Origin: a virus
Virus record (IMG/VR): IMGVR_UViG_3300044701_002494
Coordinates: 32,007-96,006 of that record
DNA: 64,000 bases
Reading direction: 5' to 3' (one strand)
The translations under genes were made by a program, and so were the position numbers. The notes under the pieces are model-generated. The model was not told where the DNA came from and ran no database searches. It was given only the letters and a program-made list of their open reading frames with translations. Below, piece by piece: positions 17,783 to 28,859 of this stretch. Position 1 is the first letter of the stretch, and the number at the start of each line of letters is the position of its first letter.

Positions 17783-19168
17783 TCACATAAGGTTAGCAAC
17801 CTTAACTCTTCTGTAGTAAACGTTAGCGTTGGTGGTAAGAGCACCTACACCAGCGTCAATACCCTGAGCGAATGGGTTAGCAACCATACCATAACGAGTC
17901 TTAAATCCGATCTTGGGCTGGAAGGTGTTCTCTCCAACTGCACGAACCATCTGCAGAGGAACATATGGGCAGTAGAAAATACCTGCATCATATGGGCTAG
18001 AACCCTTATATCCAACAACGTAGAACTGGTTAGCAGCAACGTTTGCAGAATATGGATCAATATAAACGCGATACTTACCTTGGAGAACACCAGCAAAGGT
18101 GTTACCAGTGTCATCAACGTTCAGGTTAGCGTTGAGAGCTGGGGTGTAATCGAGAACACCAGCCATTGCAAGTGCTGAAGCAACGTCAGCAGAGCAAAGG
18201 ATAGTGTTGCCCTTTCCTCTACGAGTTTGCTGTGCAATTGCGTTTGCATCACGCTCGATTTGGAAAATAAGACCCTTGAACTTCTCAACAGACCAACGAC
18301 CGTTAGAGTCAACGTCGAGGTCAAAAGTTCCTGCGGTAGCAGTATTTACTTGAGCACCAGGCTTAGCAACCTTATAGATTGTTCTGATAACTTCACGGTT
18401 AATTTCAGCAAGAATTTCAGTGCTGAGGATGTTAGCAAGCTCAGCTTCTGCATTCAGACCATGAATTGCTTTCAGATCCTGAGCAAGCTCAAGGCTGTAT
18501 TCTGCTTTCAGAGCACGACTCTTAGCAGTAACAGTAACCTTCTCGATTGAGAAAGCCATCTGGTTGAACTGATCAGATTCGCCAAGCGATTCTGCATTGT
18601 CAGTTCTCATACCCTGACCAACATTATATGCTTGTTGGTTGGCGTTGGTAGCATCAAGGATTGAAGGGTTGCTGCCAGCTTGTGCAGTAGTACCCATACC
18701 AACAGTGCCATTTGTCCATCCTTCGGTTTGATCGAACGATGCACTCTGACCAGAGAATGCCGAATCTACTTCATTGTAGAAGGTTTCGGTTCCAGACTGG
18801 TTGGTATAACGTGAACGCATTGCGAAGATCAGTCCGGTAGGACCGTTCATTGGTTGAACGCCACAAAGATCGTAAGCGATCAGATTGGGCATTGAGCGGC
18901 GAATTAAGGAAATTAGAACAGGGTCGAAACCTTGCATTGCGCCAGTTGAAGCACCACTTAGACCTGTACCAGATCCAGTTGAAGTACTGGTGAAGTTGGT
19001 TGGTGCCTCGTAAAGAAACTCACGCTCTTCGCGGAGTGCTCTCTCTTGGTTTTCGAGCAGAATAGCGGTTACAGCTCTACGATGAGAATCTTTGATTGAA
19101 TCAAGACCTTCATAGTCAAGGAGCGGTGCCCACTTCTCCTGCAGTTGTTCGGTATTGAACATTTGCAT
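17783..19168 (-). CDS. gp23: Major capsid protein
   Basis: DPVLISLIRR, GVQPMNGPTGLIFAMR, KSRALKAEYSLELAQDLKAIHGLNAE, PKIGFKTRYG. Confidence 0.98.
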   Translation of the reverse strand: MQMFNTEQLQEKWAPLLDYEGLDSIKDSHRRAVTAILLENQERALREEREFLYEAPTNFTSTSTGSGTGLSGASTGAMQGFDPVLISLIRRSMPNLIAYDLCGVQPMNGPTGLIFAMRSRYTNQSGTETFYNEVDSAFSGQSASFDQTEGWTNGTVGMGTTAQAGSNPSILDATNANQQAYNVGQGMRTDNAESLGESDQFNQMAFSIEKVTVTAKSRALKAEYSLELAQDLKAIHGLNAEAELANILSTEILAEINREVIRTIYKVAKPGAQVNTATAGTFDLDVDSNGRWSVEKFKGLIFQIERDANAIAQQTRRGKGNTILCSADVASALAMAGVLDYTPALNANLNVDDTGNTFAGVLQGKYRVYIDPYSANVAANQFYVVGYKGSSPYDAGIFYCPYVPLQMVRAVGENTFQPKIGFKTRYGMVANPFAQGIDAGVGALTTNANVYYRRVKVANLM

Positions 19169-19215
19169 TTGATTTTACCTCTTTAAAAATTTAAGTTTGA
19201 CCTATGATTTAAAAA

Positions 19216-20388
19216 TCACTTTTTAGAAGCTCTGCTGAGAACTGATAGATATGCCCCCATTGAACCCTCAATTGGTTGAGGATTTAATGTAGTTTCCTCA
19301 GAAAGATTTTCAGCAGTATTTCTTTGAGTACCAGCAGTTCTGGTTGGGAAATATGATTCCCTTAGAGTTACTAGTTTCTCACGATAGTTCTCTTCACCAT
19401 CAAACTCAACATTTTCAGCAAGAGAAGCGAGTTTGTCCTTCTGAGAAAGTGCAAGACCCTCAGCGACATCTGCAAAGATTACATCAGCAACAGACTCTGC
19501 TAATCTTCTATTTAGAGCAACGTTTCTTTCGATTTGCTCGTTGAGTTTTTCTTCCATTTCATCAAGTTTATCTACCATACTCTCGATTACATCATATCTA
19601 TCTTCAGGGATTGTTACATAATGATCTTCAAAAAGTTGCTTCATTCCATTGAGGAATGACTCAGTCATTTCAGTCTTAAGACCGTGCTCAACTGCAAGTG
19701 CATTCTCTTGAATCCACTCATCAGCAACATACTCAAGGTATGCATCAACACGATCAGTTAAACTTTCTTTAATATCTTGTAGTTCTTCTACAAGAGCAAC
19801 AGCATATGATTCTTCAAGTTGCTCTTTGATTTCCGAAACTTTTGAGCGAATTGCTGCTTCAAAAATAGTGCGTGCTTTCTCTTGGAATTCCTCGGAAAGA
19901 TCTTCACCGGCAAGAAGAGCATTTACATCTTCTTCGATGTCAAAGTTTTCTTTAACTTCTTTCTCATCCTCTTCATCCTCATCCTCTTCCTCCTCATCCT
20001 CTTCCTCTTCTTCTTTCTTTTTAGCTTCTGCTACAACCTCTTCCCCATCCTCAGAAACTTCATCTTCAGAAACTTCGTCTTCGACAAGTTCATCTTCGTC
20101 TTCGACTTCTTCTTTAGCAAGAGTATGCATTGGTTCAGCAGCAGATGCCTTAGCATTAACAACATCTCTTACTTGAGCAAGAGTTGCTCCAGGAGTTTTT
20201 AATTCTGCTGAAGAATCATCTGGACGATAATTTTCTGGAGTAGGACCACCTAAATCTTCCCAACCACCAGTTTGTCCTGGAGTAGCAACTCCAGAAGCAT
20301 TTTGGGCAATGTTATGCATTGGTTCGGCAGGTGCAGCCCCTTTGGTTACTACGTTTTCCATTTCTTGTAAATTTCTACCAACGGACAT
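19216..20388 (-). CDS. gp22: Prohead core scaffolding protein
   Basis: Acidic; LSEEFQEKARTIFEAAI, YLEYVADEW, LFEDHYV; between gp21 and gp23. Confidence 0.92.
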   Translation of the reverse strand: MSVGRNLQEMENVVTKGAAPAEPMHNIAQNASGVATPGQTGGWEDLGGPTPENYRPDDSSAELKTPGATLAQVRDVVNAKASAAEPMHTLAKEEVEDEDELVEDEVSEDEVSEDGEEVVAEAKKKEEEEEDEEEEDEDEEDEKEVKENFDIEEDVNALLAGEDLSEEFQEKARTIFEAAIRSKVSEIKEQLEESYAVALVEELQDIKESLTDRVDAYLEYVADEWIQENALAVEHGLKTEMTESFLNGMKQLFEDHYVTIPEDRYDVIESMVDKLDEMEEKLNEQIERNVALNRRLAESVADVIFADVAEGLALSQKDKLASLAENVEFDGEENYREKLVTLRESYFPTRTAGTQRNTAENLSEETTLNPQPIEGSMGAYLSVLSRASKK

Positions 20389-20420
20389 TTGTTTTAGATT
20401 GTGAATATTTAATCTATATT

Positions 20421-20428
20421 TATTTATA
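20421..20428 (-). promoter_or_regulatory. T4-type late promoter for gp22-gp23
   Basis: Exact TATAAATA. Confidence 0.8.
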
Positions 20429-20430
20429 AA

Positions 20431-21081
20431 TTATAGATTTGAAAGAAATTCTTGGAACAATTGAACTTTATGTTCTTGAAGAATTCTTTCATCAACTAGA
20501 GTATTAATTCTACGCTTTGTTGACTCTACAAATTGCTCACGGAGAATTCCGCCATCCCAAATCCATTCCTTTCCTTCCATAATTCCCTGAACAAATGCAT
20601 CAGGAGCAGAAGGATCGGCAACAATATCAGCAGCAGTTGCTAACATAAAATCTTCACCAACGATCTTATGACCTTCATTGGTTATTTTAAGTGAGCCTAC
20701 ACCACGAGAAGAAACACCAAGACAAACTCCTTCACTGATAAGAGATTTTGCAATCTTACCCATTGGTGTTTCAAGAAGTTTTGCTTTTCCAATAAAGTTG
20801 TTACCATCTCTATAAAGCTCACAAATTTTATGTGAAACACGATCAAGATTTACGGTAGGTCCATCAGGGTGTCCAAGTTCTCCAAGAGCACGACCTTTTA
20901 CAACAAAATTTTCATTATAACGATTTACTTCTCTTTCCATAACAGAAAGAGGATACATTCTACCATTTCTGTTAACTTGTTCTGCTTGCAAGAAAATGCC
21001 TTTGATATAGCACTGTTTATTAGTGCCTTTACCTTCGGTAATAAATTCTACTTTTTGAATTTCTTCTGTGATGAGTTTCAT
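20431..21081 (-). CDS. gp21: Prohead protease
   Basis: NRNGRMY, ALGELGHP, GVSSRGVGS, DIVADPSAPDA. Confidence 0.96.
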   Translation of the reverse strand: MKLITEEIQKVEFITEGKGTNKQCYIKGIFLQAEQVNRNGRMYPLSVMEREVNRYNENFVVKGRALGELGHPDGPTVNLDRVSHKICELYRDGNNFIGKAKLLETPMGKIAKSLISEGVCLGVSSRGVGSLKITNEGHKIVGEDFMLATAADIVADPSAPDAFVQGIMEGKEWIWDGGILREQFVESTKRRINTLVDERILQEHKVQLFQEFLSNL

Positions 21082-21083
21082 TT

Positions 21084-21611
21084 TTATTCGGAAACTAATT
21101 GAACTACTTCTGATATACTTATACTTGTTGCAGTGCTTGCTGCAAGTGCAGCAACTTTTACACTTCTAGATACTGTTGCACCAGTTACTGTAATGACACC
21201 AACTACCGATGAGGTATTTGCTGCGATTGTTATTGAAGAATCAGTTGCGGATGTAATTTCTTGGTGAACTGTATTAATTCCAGAAGGTTGTGCATTTTCA
21301 ATGGTAACATAATCACCAATCAAGAAAGGATTTCCTGCATTGTTTGAAAAAGTAATTACTGTGCTTGTTCCAGTTGTAATTCCAGAAATTTGTTGCCTAG
21401 CAATTCTTTCTTTTATAACTTCAGCATTATATGGCGGTATATGAAAAGAATCTGATGTTACTGTAGGATTTGAACCAATATCTACATAAACTGATGTTAA
21501 TCCTGTAGAAACTCTAATATATCCACTTTTTAATGCAATAGGATTACTAGTCGCAGCTACAGATACTGTGGGAGAAATTGCACCTACATTTTGAACTATT
21601 TTAATTGCCAT
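21084..21611 (-). CDS. Hypothetical virion-module protein
   Basis: 175 aa, Ser/Thr/Ile/Val-rich; between gp20 and gp21. Confidence 0.6.
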   Translation of the reverse strand: MAIKIVQNVGAISPTVSVAATSNPIALKSGYIRVSTGLTSVYVDIGSNPTVTSDSFHIPPYNAEVIKERIARQQISGITTGTSTVITFSNNAGNPFLIGDYVTIENAQPSGINTVHQEITSATDSSITIAANTSSVVGVITVTGATVSRSVKVAALAASTATSISISEVVQLVSE

Positions 21612-21778
21612 TATTCAGCATCTCCTTCGTTTGAATTATCTCCAAACATAATATTTGCAACCTCTGGACGAAGATAATTAATTCTATCTGCCGCTTTAGC
21701 AAATAAAATATTTTTAATGCCGTCAGAAATTTCTGAGGCACTACTGTCAGTTGCAATCAAATCGATAAGATCTTCCAT
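21611..21778 (-). CDS. Small prohead core protein candidate (gp67/68 position; 55 aa, not in the ORF track)
   Basis: MEDLIDLIATDSSASEISDGIKNILFAKAADRINYLRPEVANIMFGDNSNEGDAE; TAATG coupling to the next gene. Confidence 0.65.
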   Translation of the reverse strand: MEDLIDLIATDSSASEISDGIKNILFAKAADRINYLRPEVANIMFGDNSNEGDAE

Positions 21779-21805
21779 AAATTATTTTTACAAATATGAA
21801 ACTAT

Positions 21806-23503
21806 TTATATTTTGCCACCTTTAGGTTCTGGCAACTCTACTTGAGATACATCTACAGATGGTTCTATAGGAACTTCTCCACCAGCACCTTGCTCTATTG
21901 CTTGACCTGCACCTTCTCCACCACCGGGAGGTAATGGATTACCCATTTCATCTACTGGGGCATTTGGATCTGGAAGTATTCCTTTTGAAATTTCATCTTC
22001 AATTTGCCCATCAATGTCAATGATTTCAGAGTCAGTTTGGCGAAGAATTTTCTTACGAACGTATTCAGTTGAAAAATATTTTCCAATGTATGGTTCAGCA
22101 GTTGTCAAAAGCGTCAATCGGTTTGTAAGAATTTCTGCTTCTTTAAGTTCAGAAAAATGATTATCATACAGAAAATCATATTGAATATGATCTTCCATTT
22201 TTTCCCAATCATCTGGAGAAACAATATTCTTCAAAATAAGTTGAGTTCTTAACATATCGTTAAACATCAACGCAAATCTTTTTCTAAGTCTCCCAACAAA
22301 TTTGGAAAATTTTAATTCATCTCTTAGAATTTCTGACGATCTTCCAAGATTAAATCCATCTCCACCACCAGCAATTCTTGTTTCAGGAACACCTAATGCA
22401 CGATATAATTTTTTTTGAAAATATTCAATATCAGCAAGTTCTCCTAGATTTTGACCTCCTGGGAGAGTTGTGATCTCTGTTCCTCTACCACCCTCTCTTC
22501 TGGGCAGCCAAAAATCTTCAAGCATAGACATATATTTTCTATCATCACGAATTTCTCCAGTATTTGCGTCATAAACTAATTTGTTACGATAACGACTCAT
22601 AACTTCTTTCAAATATTGTTCTGCCTTTACTTTAGGTAGATTTCCAACATCAATGTAAAAAATACGACGCTCTGGTGCTCTAGATAATCTATAAATTACA
22701 AGAGAGTCTTCAATCATTCTTAATTGATTGAGAGCTTTAATTGCCTTGTGGAGATATGAAAGGACCGTTCCTTTATTTCTATCAACTAATCCGGAAGTGC
22801 AATATGTTATAGAGTCTTTAGCAATCTTAATGGAACCTTTTGAAGAACCACTCAAAGAACCCATTGGATAATTTGGTGCTGGTGAGTAAATAAAATACTC
22901 TTCAATTTCCGAATAAGATAAATCTGTATTTGTCGAATTAATATTATTTGGTAGTTTACTTCCAATGATATTATTACCCTTATCGTTCGACCTAATTTCT
23001 TGTCGAACGTGTTTCATTTTCATTGGATCAATATATCTCAACTCCTTTATCCCTTCTTCAGGTTTTTTAGTGTCAATTACCTTTAGATAGTATAACCTTC
23101 CATCAATATACCAATTTCTAAAAATTTCGTGCGATTTTCTATCAAAGTCTAACATTTCTTTGATAGATCTAAACTCATTTCTAATAATTGTTTTGAGTTT
23201 TTCACTAGCATTTAAATTAGTTAATTCAATTTCAACAGGAGAGTCATATAAGTCACTTACAATTGCTTCATTTACAACGTCTTCAATTGCACCATCACAC
23301 TCTGGGTGTAAAGCCATTTCACGGTAGCGGCGCATTAAATCAAACTCAGTTCTATAGACACCTTCAATATCTACATATTGTCCATAAAATCCAGATTGAA
23401 TATAATAATCAACCCCGTCCTCATCTGATGGTGGAACGGGGGAAATTATAGATTTGGATTTTTCTTCTTTATTTTCAATCGAAAAACCAAAGAGTCTCGC
23501 CAT
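21806..23503 (-). CDS. gp20: Portal vertex protein
   Basis: RNWYIDGR, YRLSRAPERRIFYIDVGNLPK, EDFWLPRREGGRGTEI. Confidence 0.98.
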   Translation of the reverse strand: MARLFGFSIENKEEKSKSIISPVPPSDEDGVDYYIQSGFYGQYVDIEGVYRTEFDLMRRYREMALHPECDGAIEDVVNEAIVSDLYDSPVEIELTNLNASEKLKTIIRNEFRSIKEMLDFDRKSHEIFRNWYIDGRLYYLKVIDTKKPEEGIKELRYIDPMKMKHVRQEIRSNDKGNNIIGSKLPNNINSTNTDLSYSEIEEYFIYSPAPNYPMGSLSGSSKGSIKIAKDSITYCTSGLVDRNKGTVLSYLHKAIKALNQLRMIEDSLVIYRLSRAPERRIFYIDVGNLPKVKAEQYLKEVMSRYRNKLVYDANTGEIRDDRKYMSMLEDFWLPRREGGRGTEITTLPGGQNLGELADIEYFQKKLYRALGVPETRIAGGGDGFNLGRSSEILRDELKFSKFVGRLRKRFALMFNDMLRTQLILKNIVSPDDWEKMEDHIQYDFLYDNHFSELKEAEILTNRLTLLTTAEPYIGKYFSTEYVRKKILRQTDSEIIDIDGQIEDEISKGILPDPNAPVDEMGNPLPPGGGEGAGQAIEQGAGGEVPIEPSVDVSQVELPEPKGGKI

Positions 23504-23534
23504 TTTATAATTCTAGTTTGTTATGATATATTAT

Positions 23535-24125
23535 TTAGTTAATGTCTGCACCACCAGCATTTGCAGCATTACCTTTAATCGCTTCCCACCAGTGAACTTG
23601 TAGTTCAACAGGAAACTCTTGAATACTTTCATTTCCATAATCAAGAGGAATACTTCCAACACTAGTTGGAAAAACATCATAGAAATGATATGCTCTTAGA
23701 GTTTCTCCAGTACGATCTAATTGATAAACAAAAGCATCTGCTTGGTAAGCGGCTGGATCCGTAACACCTGTATTATCGGAAAGGCGATTAATTTTATTCA
23801 TCCAATTTTCAAAAGCAGAACGAATTGAAAAATCGGTGTCATTAATGATTGTAATAGTCCAAGTTTCAAAAGTTCTATCTCCAGCAACTTTAAGAGTTCT
23901 ACCTCTAAATGCAACTTCAATTGAAGATACATTTGATGCTGGAAGAGCAGCTGCTTTGACTAGAAATCTTGATTTGTCAAGAATTTCGGAATCAACTTTT
24001 GCAATGTCTGGAAATGAGAGAACAACTTCAAAAAGATTGCTTCTTGTACCTCCACCAGTTAGCTTACTTTTGAAGTCAGTAATCTTTCTTAAAGGTGGTG
24101 GATTGATTTGATTTCTGGTTGCCAT
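23535..24125 (-). CDS. gp19: Tail tube protein
   Basis: RSNLFEV, FRGRTLKVAGDRTFETWTITIIND. Confidence 0.95.
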   Translation of the reverse strand: MATRNQINPPPLRKITDFKSKLTGGGTRSNLFEVVLSFPDIAKVDSEILDKSRFLVKAAALPASNVSSIEVAFRGRTLKVAGDRTFETWTITIINDTDFSIRSAFENWMNKINRLSDNTGVTDPAAYQADAFVYQLDRTGETLRAYHFYDVFPTSVGSIPLDYGNESIQEFPVELQVHWWEAIKGNAANAGGADIN

Positions 24126-24144
24126 AGTTCTTTAAACCTCTAAA

Positions 24145-26307
24145 TTAAAAGTTGCCGATTACTTCTTGGAAATCAACACCAGTCTTAGTGGCGATGAAGG
24201 TTAGACCGATAAAGTTAATCGATCTGGATGGTTTAATATAAATGTCAGCAACAAACTCATTAGCATCAATAACTGCTGCAGTGTTGTTTGTTTCGTCGCA
24301 AACCACAACATAATCAAAAATTCCTCTCTTTGCCTGAACATCACGAAGGAAAGGTTCAATTGTGTTTACAAAATTAGTTCTAGTAATCTCATCATTAAAT
24401 TCGAAGAGTTGATCTTTTGCTGCTTGTGAAATTGCTTCCTCAAGGTATAAGAACAAACGACGAACATTAATTCGGTCAAACGCCGATGATTTTCCATAAC
24501 CTGTTCTATCACCAAATAGAATAATTCCAGCGCCAGGTGAGAAGATAACTGGATTAATTCTATTTGTATATAAACGATCTCTTTGAGATTTGGAAGGATT
24601 GTATGGAAGTTTTACTGCGTTTAAGATTGCTCCTCTTGCAGTTCCGGCTGGGGAGAACCAGGGGAAATTATTAATGTCGGTTCTAGCGCAAAGACCCGCA
24701 ATATCACCATTCAATGGAACATATCTGAAGGTATTGCTAAATCTATCATACATATACTTATAACCGGAGTCAAATACTGCATAAGTAGTTGATGCAACGG
24801 AAGCAAAGAAACTTAAAACATTCGTTGTTGTAGTTTCTGCAGAATTAATATTTACTGCTGTTTGTGATGATGTATCTGTCAATGCAGAACCTCTATAAGG
24901 TGAAATAAATGCAACTGCATCTTTCCTCAACTCCGCTACAGAAATAATTTTATTCGCAAGTTCTTGAGCAGTTTCTTTTGTATATGCTGCAGAACCCATT
25001 AATAAGAAATCAATCTGGAAGTTTTCAGTATTCTCGAATAAATCATATCCAGACTTCAGTGAAGTAAGAGTAGCAGTTAATGCTCCAGTTGAAGTAATTC
25101 CAGTTTTTCCACCATAATTTAGACCATCATTTAATTTGTAGGTAGGAGCGCCTACAGAACCAAATATAATTCCTTCAGTTGCTTGATCCCACCCATTATC
25201 AGTTGTTAAATCAAACTCCCCAGCATCAAATCCAGTTGTCGTTAATCCTGTTGGAGCACCTCCACCAAATACATAAAGCGAATTCTCTGCCAGATACTTT
25301 CTCCAATAAGATGTAGAACCTACTGAATATTCTGCATCAGTTCCTTTAGAAAGATTTAGATGCTTTTCTAAAATTGTTCCAGCATTTCCTGTAACTGTTC
25401 CTAAGTCATCAATTACAACAACATGAACTTCATCAAATCTTGAACCTCTTGATTCTGCAAATGCTGAGGTTACTGGTTTTGGAGCGAGATTATTCCAATT
25501 AATAGTAGAATTTGTTAACGTAATTGTTTGTTGGTCAAACCAATCAGTTTCTGATGTGTAACTAGTTACTCCATAGGAAACTGATTGTCCACTAGTATGA
25601 ATTGCTACACTTCCAGTTTCAGTGAAACAATATACACCATTCTTCTGATAGTCAACATTAACTTCTGTTCCTTCTGCAGAAACTCTACTTAAAATCTTTA
25701 CATCAATTAAACTTACACCAATTCCTGTAACAACTCCTTTTAAGAAATAATCTGTAAGTGCTAATCCAACTCCAGTAGTAGAGTCTATTTTTCCACTTAA
25801 AGATTGAGTTACTCCATATCCAACATAAATTCCTGTTGTAGTAATTCCACCAATAGTTTGATCTGCTTTACCATCAATGATTGCAACCTTTATACCATTT
25901 GCCCAAGTTCCAGGATTTCTTGCAACAAAAGTTACATCAGGAATAATGTTTTCATCATAACCTAACTGATTATAATGATCTAAACTCTTTATTTTTACAC
26001 TTGAAGCTGCTCCAACAAAAGCATTTTTTAGATCAGAGTCATCCGATCTAATTACTCTTAAATTTCCACCATAAGCAAGGTATGATGATGCAGTCAACCA
26101 AGTTTCATACTGCTTATCTGTTGTATAAGATTGTCCGAAAACTTGCAGTAAATCATTTTCATTTTCTACTAAGGTTGGCGAATCTACAGGGCCCTTAGCA
26201 AAAGGACCAACAATTGCTCCAGTAATATTTGCAGAGGGTCCAACTCTACCAATAGTTAGGTCAATTTCCTTTACTACAATTCCAGGAGATGCTAAATTTA
26301 GCGGCAT
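24145..26307 (-). CDS. gp18: Tail sheath protein
   Basis: SPGIVVKEID, PWFSPAG, AFDRINVRRLF, FEFNDEITR. Confidence 0.97.
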   Translation of the reverse strand: MPLNLASPGIVVKEIDLTIGRVGPSANITGAIVGPFAKGPVDSPTLVENENDLLQVFGQSYTTDKQYETWLTASSYLAYGGNLRVIRSDDSDLKNAFVGAASSVKIKSLDHYNQLGYDENIIPDVTFVARNPGTWANGIKVAIIDGKADQTIGGITTTGIYVGYGVTQSLSGKIDSTTGVGLALTDYFLKGVVTGIGVSLIDVKILSRVSAEGTEVNVDYQKNGVYCFTETGSVAIHTSGQSVSYGVTSYTSETDWFDQQTITLTNSTINWNNLAPKPVTSAFAESRGSRFDEVHVVVIDDLGTVTGNAGTILEKHLNLSKGTDAEYSVGSTSYWRKYLAENSLYVFGGGAPTGLTTTGFDAGEFDLTTDNGWDQATEGIIFGSVGAPTYKLNDGLNYGGKTGITSTGALTATLTSLKSGYDLFENTENFQIDFLLMGSAAYTKETAQELANKIISVAELRKDAVAFISPYRGSALTDTSSQTAVNINSAETTTTNVLSFFASVASTTYAVFDSGYKYMYDRFSNTFRYVPLNGDIAGLCARTDINNFPWFSPAGTARGAILNAVKLPYNPSKSQRDRLYTNRINPVIFSPGAGIILFGDRTGYGKSSAFDRINVRRLFLYLEEAISQAAKDQLFEFNDEITRTNFVNTIEPFLRDVQAKRGIFDYVVVCDETNNTAAVIDANEFVADIYIKPSRSINFIGLTFIATKTGVDFQEVIGNF

Positions 26308-26390
26308 CTTTACTCTCCGTTATCCCGAATTATTCTAAAAGTATTTATTAAAATGATTATTTTAAACGGGGAAACAATACGTGAACAAAT

Positions 26391-26642
26391 TTACCAATCC
26401 GGATATTGCCATTCTGAAATAACTACACCCTTCTTGTTAGATCTATTTCTTATAATTCTTTTCATAGTACACTGTTTACATTCATATGAATATGATGATG
26501 GATATCCTTTTCTATCCTTGTGAGTCAAATAGAAGTCATTAATAAGATCTTTAGTTTTTCCACAAACCCTACATTTTCTTTCAGTGAATAGTAAATGCTC
26601 CAGATCTATCTGATCTTCAAAGTCCATTACATATAATCCCAC
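26391..26642 (-). CDS. Small zinc-finger hypothetical protein (start probably 26627)
   Basis: CRVC...YECKQC; between gp17 and gp18. Confidence 0.65.
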   Translation of the reverse strand: MGLYVMDFEDQIDLEHLLFTERKCRVCGKTKDLINDFYLTHKDRKGYPSSYSYECKQCTMKRIIRNRSNKKGVVISEWQYPDW

Positions 26643-28324
26643 ATGTAGGAACGGTCACCATATTCATCTAAATTCCAAACCTCTAGAGGGTTATTTTGAT
26701 TTTTTAAGTCTGCAGACAACCATCTATCTCCGGTTTTATGTTCAAAAAATGTATCAATATCATCAAAACCATCTGAAACAAATCCAAAAGGTGCCATATC
26801 CTGTTCAATTTGGTTTTTTTGCTCTTCATATATTCTTTTACGGACATCATTGTCCGTCATTTCTTTAAAGTATGGTTGTGCTACTAACCAAGAAAAAATA
26901 ACCAAGCACATTGCCAAATCATCGTTACAACCCTCTTCAGCCTCAAAAGAATTGTGCCTTTGTGAAAATGTTGTAAGTTCTGATATAATGTCATAATCGA
27001 CAGTTAGTAACTTATCATCTTCCAATAAAGTTTTTAGATTAGAACATCCTAATTTTTTAACTGCGGCAGTCATTCTAACTCCAAGTTGAGATTTCTTTCC
27101 ACTAAACCCAGAACCAACTAACTGACCAGCACGACCACGCATAGCACACATTAAAACATTGTCATACTCTAAATCAAAGTGAAGAATATTTGCTACCTGG
27201 TCCCCAATATCATTAACTTCAATCAATAACCAAGAGTTATTGTATCCTCTTGCCACTTCGTTAATTATATTTGGAAATAACATTGGTTTTATTTCATTAT
27301 TTTTATATTTTGCTACAATCCTATAAGGAAAATTAGTTATGTCGAAAACAACAAATGCAGAATAATCATTGCCAAGTCCCCTTGCAACGTCGACAGTCAT
27401 TAAGTAATTGTGATCTTCTTTGGGATGTTCGTAAACATCTAATCCAGCGTTCCTCTTTATTGGATCATCATATACAAGATTTTTAAGTTTTGCTGGATTA
27501 ATAAGAGTGTTAATGGATCCTAAAAATTCACAATTAAACTCCACATTAAACTGCTGTTCGGAAGTATTAGCAATAGTCTGTGCCTTCCAATTTTCATCTC
27601 TACCTGGAACTTCAGACCAATGAACATCAGTGGGAATATATTCATTTCTACCACGCTCAGCATCGTGCCACATACGGTAGAAGTGGTTCATACCACGTGG
27701 GGTAGAAACAATAATTACTTTCGTGCTTTGTCCAGAAGAAATAGTAGGATAAACAGAGGCAAAGAAGTCATCAGCAATGTGATTCGGGATGAAAGCGAAC
27801 TCGTCAAGAAAGATAACATTATAGGATCCGCCTCGGACAGCAGATGAAGAAGTAGAGTTAGATGAAATCTTGGAGCCATTTTCTAATTCTAGACTACCTT
27901 TATTCCAGGATATAATACCCTGTTGCATCCATTTAGGCAAGTTTTCGTAAGCAAGTTGCAATCTTCCAAGAAGGTCTCTTGCAGTAGATGCTTTGTTTGC
28001 CAGAATAGCGATATTTACATTATCGTTGAATACCGCATAATGTAAAAGATATGAAACAACAGTTGTAGACTTACCCGTCTGGCGGGGCATCTTACAAATG
28101 TTGAAACGATTGTCATGGAAGTTTTGAATTAACCTTTCTTGGAATGGATACATCTCGAAAGGAACTAGACCATGATCAAGAGAAACAATCTTAATGTAGT
28201 TTCTAGCAAAATAAACAGGATCTTCTTTACACCTTAAAAACTCAATAATTTGTTCTTCTGTAAACTCAATTTGCGTATTCGCTTTTTTGAGTAGAGGATT
28301 GCCAAGATATACATCACTAGACAT
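26627..28324 (-). CDS. gp17: Terminase large subunit
   Basis: YLGNPLLKKAN, PRQTGKST, FLDEFAF, DVARG..DYS, DDLAM. Confidence 0.98.
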   Translation of the reverse strand: MSSDVYLGNPLLKKANTQIEFTEEQIIEFLRCKEDPVYFARNYIKIVSLDHGLVPFEMYPFQERLIQNFHDNRFNICKMPRQTGKSTTVVSYLLHYAVFNDNVNIAILANKASTARDLLGRLQLAYENLPKWMQQGIISWNKGSLELENGSKISSNSTSSSAVRGGSYNVIFLDEFAFIPNHIADDFFASVYPTISSGQSTKVIIVSTPRGMNHFYRMWHDAERGRNEYIPTDVHWSEVPGRDENWKAQTIANTSEQQFNVEFNCEFLGSINTLINPAKLKNLVYDDPIKRNAGLDVYEHPKEDHNYLMTVDVARGLGNDYSAFVVFDITNFPYRIVAKYKNNEIKPMLFPNIINEVARGYNNSWLLIEVNDIGDQVANILHFDLEYDNVLMCAMRGRAGQLVGSGFSGKKSQLGVRMTAAVKKLGCSNLKTLLEDDKLLTVDYDIISELTTFSQRHNSFEAEEGCNDDLAMCLVIFSWLVAQPYFKEMTDNDVRKRIYEEQKNQIEQDMAPFGFVSDGFDDIDTFFEHKTGDRWLSADLKNQNNPLEVWNLDEYGDRSYMWDYM

Positions 28325-28802
28325 ATTCGTACCCCCTTTCTGGACCCCAATGTTTCATTCTGTATGATAATCCCTGTATAGTTATTCCCACATCATCTGC
28401 TGCTTCTTGTTGAGAAACATAAACCTTTCCATTTACAGAAACTTTTTTACTATTAGGATGTTTTTCTCCACCCTCATACTTATGACCAAAAGAACGACCT
28501 TTTAATGCTTCACTCTTTTTCTTACAAGTTTCTTTGCTGTGCTTTCTACCTATATTTTTTTGAGTTGCCTTATTTAAATTTTCCATAAACCAAGCATCAC
28601 TATGCCACCCATACTTATGTATTTCTCTACTACAAACATATAAATGCTCTGGAATATCTTTACCACCTTCGCATCTTGGTGGGAAGTGATGGGCATCCAT
28701 TCCTTTCATTTGTTCCCAAGTTAATCCCCAATTCTTACGGGCAATATTTCTTACCACCTTTGGAGATAATCTTTTGTCTGGAACTTTGATAATTGCGGGC
28801 AC
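28317..28802 (-). mobile_element. Free-standing HNH homing endonuclease with NUMOD3 (GTG start)
   Basis: DAHH...GG....HLYVCSREIH HNH-like core; HSKETCKKKS NUMOD3; C-terminal HTH-like SQQEAADDVGI; TATAAATA at 28824-28831. Confidence 0.75.
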
Positions 28803-28826
28803 ATTTCAATCCCAATCTAAAAATAT

Positions 28827-28853
28827 TTATATAAGATAAATGTTATCACTCAT
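28827..28853 (-). pseudogene. Stranded remnant of a gp17 5' end (MSDNIYLI-stop)
   Basis: ATG AGT GAT AAC ATT TAT CTT ATA TAA parallels the functional gp17 start ATG TCT AGT GAT GTA TAT CTT GGC. Confidence 0.6.
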
Positions 28854-28859
28854 AATAAG

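Noticed and set aside
19826-20202. Poly-Ser and Phe/Leu-rich plus-strand ORFs
   Set aside because: Reverse complement of the Glu/Asp tract of gp22
28317-28853. Group I intron or gene-60-style ribosomal bypass in gp17
   Set aside because: There is no room for an intron core outside the HNH ORF, the gap (about 530 nt) is far longer than known bypasses, and gp17 has its own ATG
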